Part shown: positions 57,484 to 64,000 of the stretch, one piece after another | Position numbering within the stretch: position 1 is the stretch's first letter | Layout of the letters: each line of letters opens with the position of its first letter | From: a virus | Length of the DNA stretch: 64,000 nt | IMG/VR virus record: IMGVR_UViG_3300017710_002137 | Location: 17,209-81,208 of that record | Direction: 5' to 3' (one strand) | Program-made: the position numbers and the translations under genes | The notes under the pieces: model-generated | The model's input: only the letters and a program-made list of their open reading frames with translations | The model's database searches: none | What the model was told of the DNA's origin: nothing

Positions 57484-59211
57484 ATGGCAGATACTTCATT
57501 TTTTGGTAGATTAACGAAACTCTTCAGAGCTCAAGCAGTTGTTACTGTCGATAAAGATGGTAAGAGAAAAGTTGTTGATACCGATGAAAGACAACAAACA
57601 AATTTATCTTCTCTAAGAGATAGATATACGAAACTACAAAAAAGTTTCTTTGAACAAGCAGGTGGTGCTCAATCAATGGCATACCAACAAGTTCGTAGAG
57701 AAGTTTTTAGAGATTACGATGCGATGGATAACGACCCAATATTAGCATCAGCTCTCGATATATACGCAGATGAATCAACACTAAAGAACGAATTTGGTGA
57801 TACTCTTATGATTCACTCAGATAATCAAAAAGTACAAGATTTATTAAACAACTTATTCTATGATATTCTTAATGTTGAATTCAACTTATGGCCATGGGTA
57901 AGAAATATGTGTAAGTATGGGGATTTCTTCTTAGGTTTAGAAATTGCTGAAGGTAAAGGTATTGTTAACGTAACACCTCATTCAGTTTACAACACAGAAA
58001 GATTAGAAAGAACAGACCCTTCAAATCCAAATTCAGTAAAATTTAAAATTACTGAGGACCCGAATGGAAAAGAACAATATGAAAACTTTGAAGTTGCTCA
58101 TTTTAGATTATTAGCAGATACTAACTGGTTACCATATGGTAAATCTATGATTGAGAATGGTAGAAGATTGTGGAAACAATTATCTTTAATGGAAGATGCT
58201 ATGTTAATCCATAGAATTATGAGAGCACCTGAAAAAAGAGTTTTCAAAATTGATATCGGTAATATCCCACCAACAGAAGTAGATAACTATATGCAAAGAA
58301 TTATGAACAAAATGAAGAAAGTTCCTTTTGTTGATAGAAATACTGGTGATTACAACTTAAAGTACAATATGCAAAACCTAACAGAAGATTTCTATCTTCC
58401 TGTTCGTGGTGGTGATAGTGGAACATCTATTGATAATCTTGCAGGATTAGAGTATGCAACCATCGATGATATTGATTACCTAAAAAATAAATTATTCGCA
58501 GCATTAAAGATTCCAAGAGCTTATTTAGGATATGAGGAAAATGTAAATGGTAAAGCAACTCTTGCCGCTGAAGATGTAAGATTTGCAAGAACAATAGAAA
58601 GAATCCAAAGAACAGTAATTTCAGAATTATCTAAGATTGCAATTGTTCACTTATACTCACAAGGAATTACTGATTCAGAAATGACTAACTTTGAATTAGG
58701 ATTAGTAAATCCATCTACAATTTACGAACAAGAAAAAGTAAACTTGTGGAGTGAAAAAATTAGATTGGCTCAAGATATTCAAGGTCTTAATATGTTATCC
58801 AAAGATTGGGTATATGAAAACATCTTTAAACTAAGTGGTGGTGAACAAGATGAACAGAGAGTTAGGATGTTGGATGACTTAAAAGATAGATTTAGATTCC
58901 GTTCTATTGAAGATGAAGGTTCAGACCCTGCACAAGAAGATGAAGAACCAGATGATATAGAAGAACAAATTGAAAATATCAAAAAAGAAATTAAAGATAA
59001 AGGTGGTAGACCAAGAGAGGGTGGAACTTATAAAAAAGATAAACATCCACTTGGTAGAGACCCACTCGGTGATGATGAAAGAACGAAAAAACGTTCAAGA
59101 ACTTCTGAAGATAAGGCAATTAAATATATTAATGGTATAGCGGCTAAAAGGAAGTATTTACACGAAATGAAAGGTATGTTAGATGAAAATAATATACTTG
59201 ACCAAGAATAA
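57484..59211 (+). CDS. Portal protein (T4 gp20-like)
   Basis: QLSLMEDAMLIHRIMRAPEKRVFKIDIGN, EDFYLPVRG, DIDYLKNKLFAALKIP, EDVRFARTI. Confidence 0.95.
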   Translation: MADTSFFGRLTKLFRAQAVVTVDKDGKRKVVDTDERQQTNLSSLRDRYTKLQKSFFEQAGGAQSMAYQQVRREVFRDYDAMDNDPILASALDIYADESTLKNEFGDTLMIHSDNQKVQDLLNNLFYDILNVEFNLWPWVRNMCKYGDFFLGLEIAEGKGIVNVTPHSVYNTERLERTDPSNPNSVKFKITEDPNGKEQYENFEVAHFRLLADTNWLPYGKSMIENGRRLWKQLSLMEDAMLIHRIMRAPEKRVFKIDIGNIPPTEVDNYMQRIMNKMKKVPFVDRNTGDYNLKYNMQNLTEDFYLPVRGGDSGTSIDNLAGLEYATIDDIDYLKNKLFAALKIPRAYLGYEENVNGKATLAAEDVRFARTIERIQRTVISELSKIAIVHLYSQGITDSEMTNFELGLVNPSTIYEQEKVNLWSEKIRLAQDIQGLNMLSKDWVYENIFKLSGGEQDEQRVRMLDDLKDRFRFRSIEDEGSDPAQEDEEPDDIEEQIENIKKEIKDKGGRPREGGTYKKDKHPLGRDPLGDDERTKKRSRTSEDKAIKYINGIAAKRKYLHEMKGMLDENNILDQE

Positions 59212-59234
59212 TTTAGTTTAACTTTTATAATTTT

Positions 59235-59243
59235 ATATTTATA
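59235..59243 (+). promoter_or_regulatory. Putative late promoter ATATTTATA
   Basis: Recurrent motif in the gap after the portal gene. Confidence 0.55.
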
Positions 59244-59283
59244 TTAGGGAATTTTTACTATATCATAATAGGAAACAAATAAG

Positions 59284-60156
59284 ATGAGAAAAATAAAACA
59301 TTCAAAATTTAAGAATACTGGATTCCTTTTTGAGCTTTTAACTCGACAAATTACCGTTGAAATACTTAATGGTAGCGAGGAAAAGTCAAAAGGAATCATC
59401 AAAGAATTCTATGGAAGAGGAACTGAGCTATCAAAAGAACTCAGATTATTCAACCTACTTATAAACGAAAAATACAATACAGATTCAAAGGCTGAAAAGT
59501 TTATTGATGCTATTTTAGAAGCACATACTAAAATAAATTATACAAAACTTCAACGAGAAAAGTACAATCTTGTTAAATCCATCAAGGAGAACTTCGAAAT
59601 TAATAATTTCTTATCTTCCCCGGTAACAAACTACAAAATTTTAGCTTCAATTCATAAACTTTTTGAAGGTAAAAAGAATGATATTCTTGATGTTAAGGAC
59701 GTATTCGATTCTAAAATCACTCTTGTAGAACACATCTCATCTAATTCCCAAAATTCAAAAGGTGTTACGCAAGATAAATTAGTAGAGGAATATAGAAAAC
59801 AAGAGAAGGACCTAAGGTTGTTGACATATAAAATACTTGTTGAAACTTTTAACAAAAAATATACTACTCTAAATGAATCACAGAAGGGTTTATTAAGAGA
59901 ATATATTAATAACGTAACTAATACATCAAAGTTTAACGAGTATTATGATTCTCAATTAGTCGAAACTATTACTACTTTACATGGTATGTACAAGAGTATG
60001 AAGGATAAGATTACAAAAATCAAGTTGAGAGAAACAATTAATGTTCTTAAAAAACAAAAAATTGGTAAAAAGATTACCGATGAACAAGTTTCAGCTTTGA
60101 TGATGTCTTATGAATTGATTAAGGAGATAAAAAATGTCAATGAACGAAAATCTTAA
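59284..60156 (+). CDS. Hypothetical head-module protein
   Basis: 290-aa helical protein (KHSKFKNTGFLFELL...FNKKY) between portal and prohead protease. Confidence 0.7.
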   Translation: MRKIKHSKFKNTGFLFELLTRQITVEILNGSEEKSKGIIKEFYGRGTELSKELRLFNLLINEKYNTDSKAEKFIDAILEAHTKINYTKLQREKYNLVKSIKENFEINNFLSSPVTNYKILASIHKLFEGKKNDILDVKDVFDSKITLVEHISSNSQNSKGVTQDKLVEEYRKQEKDLRLLTYKILVETFNKKYTTLNESQKGLLREYINNVTNTSKFNEYYDSQLVETITTLHGMYKSMKDKITKIKLRETINVLKKQKIGKKITDEQVSALMMSYELIKEIKNVNERKS

Positions 60157-61426
60157 AGAGTATTTAGATGAATTAATTCAAGAAATTGAAAAAGAACTTG
60201 AAGAGGCTACTACAACAGGTAACGTAGCTGGTTACCAAACCCCTAAAGCATTTTCTGATAAAGGTAAATCTGATAAAAAAAGAAAGAAAAAAATCGCAAC
60301 TGCACTTGGTTATAGTGTAGTGGGTGATGATGTTGATAACATCTCTGAGGCAATCAAAGGTAGAAACAACAAAACAGGTGAATCCTTTGGAATGGTTATC
60401 GGTTCTGATAAACAAGGTAACAATGGATACGAACTTACCGTAAGAAAAACTTACAATTCAAGAATAAGTGCATATGGATTTATTTTTGATAAAGATTCCA
60501 ACCTAACTGATATTCGTGATTATGGATATTCACTCGATGGTAAGTTTCCTGATATGAAAGGTCATGCAAGTTCAACATCAGTAAGACCTAACAAAAGAGA
60601 AACTATTACTCAAATAGCTAAAATTACTTCCCCAGCATTTGCAAAAAAGATTTATCAGCACGTTCAAAAGAATAACAAAATGGATGAATCAGTAAACGAA
60701 GCTTCTAAATTAGCTATGGGTATTGCTGGATTCACTGGTACTCGTGGTGTTGCTGTTGATGATTTTATCAATACACATAACATCGATGCAAAAAAACTTT
60801 TTAACTTTGTAAAAAAAGGAAATTTAAAAGATAGAATGGCATTCGTATCAGCAATTGCTGGTAGACCTAATAACAAAATGTTTAAAATGATTACCAAACA
60901 ATTTGGTGAATCAGTAAACGAAGCAATGAAACCATCACAAGTTCGTTCAGCAATCTCAAAGGTTAAAAAACAACTAATGAGAAAGTGGAAACAAAAAGGT
61001 GGATATGAAAACTTCGGTCAAAAAGAATTAGATAAAATGAAATCTAAGTTTGATTACAATCCTTATGGTTCACCAGATGAAAGACAAATTTCTAAGATGT
61101 TAGATGGGTTTGATAATTGGGCAATGAACTATGATGGTAATATGAGGGAAGATATATCTGAAGCCAAAGTAAAAAGACCCGTTAATCGTTGGTTAGAATT
61201 AAAAAACGATGAAACAATGCATCCTCATAAGAAGATGGCAATGGGTTTAAAAGAATTAAAGTATCAGTTAAGAGAAACTGAAAAGTTCTTTAATTGGTAT
61301 AATAAAATAAAAACTATGAATGAGTTAGATTCCAATCAGTATTGGAAAAGAACAAATAAACATATTTATAGTATAAAAGAGAAACTAATTAATATCGCTA
61401 AAACGATACAGGAGATTGAAAAATGA
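60134..61426 (+). CDS. Modular probable internal head/prohead-core protein
   Basis: SD AAGGAG at 60121. Acidic leader, then modules separated by LEE-A, ISE-A, ESVNE-A (twice) and ISE-A. Confidence 0.7.
   Translation: MSMNENLKEYLDELIQEIEKELEEATTTGNVAGYQTPKAFSDKGKSDKKRKKKIATALGYSVVGDDVDNISEAIKGRNNKTGESFGMVIGSDKQGNNGYELTVRKTYNSRISAYGFIFDKDSNLTDIRDYGYSLDGKFPDMKGHASSTSVRPNKRETITQIAKITSPAFAKKIYQHVQKNNKMDESVNEASKLAMGIAGFTGTRGVAVDDFINTHNIDAKKLFNFVKKGNLKDRMAFVSAIAGRPNNKMFKMITKQFGESVNEAMKPSQVRSAISKVKKQLMRKWKQKGGYENFGQKELDKMKSKFDYNPYGSPDERQISKMLDGFDNWAMNYDGNMREDISEAKVKRPVNRWLELKNDETMHPHKKMAMGLKELKYQLRETEKFFNWYNKIKTMNELDSNQYWKRTNKHIYSIKEKLINIAKTIQEIEK
60685..60924 (+). repeat. Exact 18-bp direct repeat TGAATCAGTAAACGAAGC (encodes ESVNEA) flanking an in-frame module
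   Basis: Copies at 60685-60702 and 60907-60924, 222 bp (74 codons) apart. Confidence 0.9.
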
Positions 61427-61896
61427 AAATAACAAGAGAACACTTAAAAAATATTGTAAGAGAAACCTTACAAGAAGAATCTGAATATCAAGAATTTTTC
61501 AAGAAGGCTTTAGAAAAGGCTGGTAAGTCAATTCCTGCAATGTCTGATGAAGAAAAAAAGAAATTCTTTAACAACATAGAAAAAACTTGGAGTGGTAGAG
61601 GAAAAAAGAATGAAAGATTTGGTAGAGGAGATGAAACTGAATTAGATGAGTTAACAAAGGCTCAAGAAAAATTACCACCAGCACTTAAAAAGGCAATAGA
61701 GAAAAAAGAAGGTAAAAAAGAATCAGTTGATGAATCAATCAACGAAGGACCTTCTACTGAAGAAAAAAGAATTGCAATGTTGGCTGTTAGAAAACAAGCT
61801 AAATACAGAAATGTAAGTTTGGAACAGGCAATACAAGACCAAATCAATGCTCTTGAAGAATTAAAGAGAGATGCAAAGAGAGGTAAATTAAAATAA
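61423..61896 (+). CDS. Probable internal head protein (modular)
   Basis: Leader MKITREHLKNIVRETLQEE; internal LDE and ESVDESINE linkers; SD AGGAG. Confidence 0.7.
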   Translation: MKITREHLKNIVRETLQEESEYQEFFKKALEKAGKSIPAMSDEEKKKFFNNIEKTWSGRGKKNERFGRGDETELDELTKAQEKLPPALKKAIEKKEGKKESVDESINEGPSTEEKRIAMLAVRKQAKYRNVSLEQAIQDQINALEELKRDAKRGKLK

Positions 61897-61897
61897 A

Positions 61898-62074
61898 ATG
61901 ACTAAGAGAGAGTTGTATGATATAATCAATGAGGAAATTGTTAACTTTAAAAAAGGAAAGATTAACGAAGAACTCAATGAATCTGATAAGGATTTAATAA
62001 GAAAAATCATCAGACAGGAAGTATCTGCAATCTTTTTCGATTTATTTAAACGAAGAAAAACTTGGGGAGCATAA
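61898..62074 (+). CDS. Small hypothetical head-module protein (58 aa), not in the ORF track
   Basis: Translated by hand: MTKRELYDIINEEIVNFKKGKINEELNESDKDLIRKIIRQEVSAIFFDLFKRRKTWGA. Its TAA overlaps the protease ATG (TAATG). Confidence 0.75.
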   Translation: MTKRELYDIINEEIVNFKKGKINEELNESDKDLIRKIIRQEVSAIFFDLFKRRKTWGA

Positions 62075-62667
62075 TGGGACAATTATTAATAGAAACAAAC
62101 CTATTCGAAGGTAAAGTAAATGAAGATGATAGTGGAAGAACTATTGTTAAGGGTATTTTACAAAGAGCAGGTGCTGAAAATCAAAATGGAAGGATATATC
62201 CTAAAGAAATTTTGATGAGAGAAGCTAAAAAATACGAAACACTTATTAAAGAAAGAAGAGCACTTGGTGAATTAGACCATCCAGATTCTTCTGTAATCAA
62301 TCTAAAGAACGTATCTCATAACGTAAGAGAGATACATTGGGATAATGATGATTTAGTAGGAACAGTTGAGATTCTACCAACTCCAAGTGGTAATATCTTA
62401 AAAGAACTACTTAAAGCAGGTATCCTTTTAGGTATATCATCAAGAGGTATGGGTTCAGTAGAACCTCTATCAGGTGGTAAAGTACAAGTAGGTGAAGATT
62501 TTGAATTGATTGGTTGGGATTTTGTTTCTAATCCATCAACTCATGGAGCATTTATGACTCCAATGAACGAATCTGTTAATAAAGAACTTATTAAACAAGG
62601 TGAAGTTTGTAACGAGTGGTGTAAATCACAAGATTTGATGAGAGAAATTATAACAGAAATAGGTTAA
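62074..62667 (+). CDS. Prohead core protease (T4 gp21-like)
   Basis: NQNGRIYP, ALGELDHP, NVSH, TPSG, GISSRGMGS, WDFVSNPSTHGA. Probable start ATG 62074. Confidence 0.95.
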   Translation: MGQLLIETNLFEGKVNEDDSGRTIVKGILQRAGAENQNGRIYPKEILMREAKKYETLIKERRALGELDHPDSSVINLKNVSHNVREIHWDNDDLVGTVEILPTPSGNILKELLKAGILLGISSRGMGSVEPLSGGKVQVGEDFELIGWDFVSNPSTHGAFMTPMNESVNKELIKQGEVCNEWCKSQDLMREIITEIG

Positions 62668-62671
62668 GACC

Positions 62672-62860
62672 ATGGGATTTAATGTACAGGACTTTATGTC
62701 CAAAAATAAATTTAAGTTAGGTAAAGTTACCAGAGAAGTAGGAGAAACTCCATTCAAAGGTGGGCATAACGATATAAGAAAAACAAACTATGAAGTTAAG
62801 TTAACTGAAGATGGTAAACTTGATTTATATACACATAAAACGGAGACAAAAGAATTATGA
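62672..62860 (+). CDS. Small hypothetical protein (62 aa)
   Basis: In the operon; stop overlaps the next start (ATGA). Confidence 0.6.
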   Translation: MGFNVQDFMSKNKFKLGKVTREVGETPFKGGHNDIRKTNYEVKLTEDGKLDLYTHKTETKEL

Positions 62861-63735
62861 TTAAATTGACTGAACTTTTAAAAGAAGAAGAAACCTTCAC
62901 AGCAATCAATAAAGATAGTGGTGAAGTTTCTGTATTTAAATCCAAAGATGCAAGAGATTCAGCTGTAAAGGCAGGTACTCACACTAAAGCTAAAGATTCG
63001 GAAAATGGTGATGATAAAAAAGATACTCCTAAAGTGAACATCTTTGATAAACCTAAAAAGGATGAACCTAAGAAAGATGAACCTGTAAGGGATGACCAAA
63101 CCGATGCACAGATAGAAGATGTTCAAAATAATATTGATGATATGCCCGGTGATGAAATACAAGATTATGCAGAATCAGATATATTCCCATATCTTAAAGG
63201 AAAAGATTTGGAACTTGCAAAAATGTATGTAGATGATATTGATGCGGCAGGGGATGATTTTGATAGAAGTGCTGATTTAAGAAAAGATTTAAAAGATTTA
63301 TTTGATAAGAAAATGAGTTTAGAGAACACCTCTACAAGATTAAAAGATTTATTACCAGAAGGATTAATCAACGAAGGAACTCGTTCTCAAGTTGGTATCA
63401 TTGATAGAAGTGGTAAGATTGCATCAGCGTATGTTCACTACGATGGATATCCATCTAATATGAAACCAGGTCTTAAAAAACACATGAAGAACGAAAAAGA
63501 TGTTCTTACTTTAATTAAAAAGGGTGGAGCAAGTGGAATCTTTGATGATAAAGAAATTGAATATTATAATGAAAAATCACAACCATTAAAAGGAACTGAA
63601 AAAGATATACAAGGATATATTAAAAATGCTGGAAACAAAGGTGGTGCAGAATTTGTATATTTATATAATATGAAAGATAGAAAATGGTATTTCGCCGATG
63701 TTTATAAAGATAAAGATTTAAAAAAATTATTTTAA
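62857..63735 (+). CDS. Probable internal head polyprotein with C-terminal Y-x-H-Y-DGYP domain
   Basis: Starts MIKLTELLKE; internal TRLKDLLPE-GLINE; then GTRSQVG...YVHYDGYPS...EFVYLY...W. Confidence 0.7.
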   Translation: MIKLTELLKEEETFTAINKDSGEVSVFKSKDARDSAVKAGTHTKAKDSENGDDKKDTPKVNIFDKPKKDEPKKDEPVRDDQTDAQIEDVQNNIDDMPGDEIQDYAESDIFPYLKGKDLELAKMYVDDIDAAGDDFDRSADLRKDLKDLFDKKMSLENTSTRLKDLLPEGLINEGTRSQVGIIDRSGKIASAYVHYDGYPSNMKPGLKKHMKNEKDVLTLIKKGGASGIFDDKEIEYYNEKSQPLKGTEKDIQGYIKNAGNKGGAEFVYLYNMKDRKWYFADVYKDKDLKKLF

Positions 63736-63745
63736 GGAGAGTACA

Positions 63746-63985
63746 ATGATTAAATTAACAGATATATTGAACGAAGGAAGAATGGGTAAAGACGAAATCA
63801 ATCAAGAATTGATTAATGTTAAAAATCCAAAAGAACTTGATATGCTTTTTAGAAATATGGAAAATGCAGGTGAAGAAAAACTTTTCGCTAGATTATATCA
63901 TAACTCAACAAATCCGAAATTACAAAAGGCATTTTTTGATGCTATAAAAAAAGAATTAAAAAGATATCCAGAAGGACTTGTATAA
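63746..63985 (+). CDS. Probable internal head protein (79 aa)
   Basis: Starts MIKLTDILNE; SD AAGGAGAGTA, which recurs at 63991-64000 before the next (off-window) gene. Confidence 0.7.
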   Translation: MIKLTDILNEGRMGKDEINQELINVKNPKELDMLFRNMENAGEEKLFARLYHNSTNPKLQKAFFDAIKKELKRYPEGLV

Positions 63986-64000
63986 AATTAAAGGAGAGTA

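Noticed and set aside
63048-63085. KPKKDEPKKDEP micro-repeat
   Set aside because: This is a short low-complexity linker duplication with no evident independent function.
1582-63371. Numerous short antisense or alternate-frame ORFs in the track (e.g. 1711..2076, 14128..14571, 19598..20071, 53522..53995)
   Set aside because: They lie wholly within long, motif-bearing + strand genes, have shadow-like composition and show no recognisable motifs.
1-64000. Stop-codon reassignment, as seen in some large or Bacteroidota phages
   Set aside because: The standard code already gives near-complete coding density with intact long genes. TGA and TAG both serve as real stops at gene junctions.
1-64000. tRNA/rRNA genes and a bS21 gene
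   Set aside because: No intergenic gap shows a cloverleaf or T-loop consensus, and none of the small ORFs resembles bS21.

Overview
This AT-rich, gene-dense window is almost entirely + strand and comes from a large T4-like (jumbo) tailed phage. Two TTTG-N20-TAnnTTTG-type promoters suggest a Bacteroidota host. The gene order is: (1) baseplate/tail genes (1-7.6 kb); (2) a small tailoring cluster, primase and a fused Mre11-Rad50 (SbcCD) gene (7.6-16 kb); (3) a 2401-aa tail fibre with a Hint domain (16.2-23.4 kb); (4) a ~25 kb glycan synthesis/modification island with three GT7-LamG paralogues, GDP-6-deoxyheptose-type enzymes, a TPP enzyme pair and radical SAM enzymes (23.4-48.9 kb); (5) a 1646-aa multi-enzyme polyprotein (49.1-54.0 kb); (6) the head module with terminase, portal, prohead protease and probable internal head proteins (55-64 kb). 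The best candidate for an undescribed system is a capsid-cargo system. Several late proteins begin with T4 capsid-targeting-sequence-like 10-mers ending in Glu and are built of modules joined by [ILV]-x-E linkers that match prohead-protease sites. The largest carries an apparent tRNA-repair kit (HD phosphohydrolase, CCA-adding enzyme, RNA-ligase-like domain) plus an HxGH nucleotidyltransferase. A second candidate is virion glycosylation, because tail proteins are strongly enriched in [ST]-G-S. All family calls come from motif recognition by eye; no searches were run.
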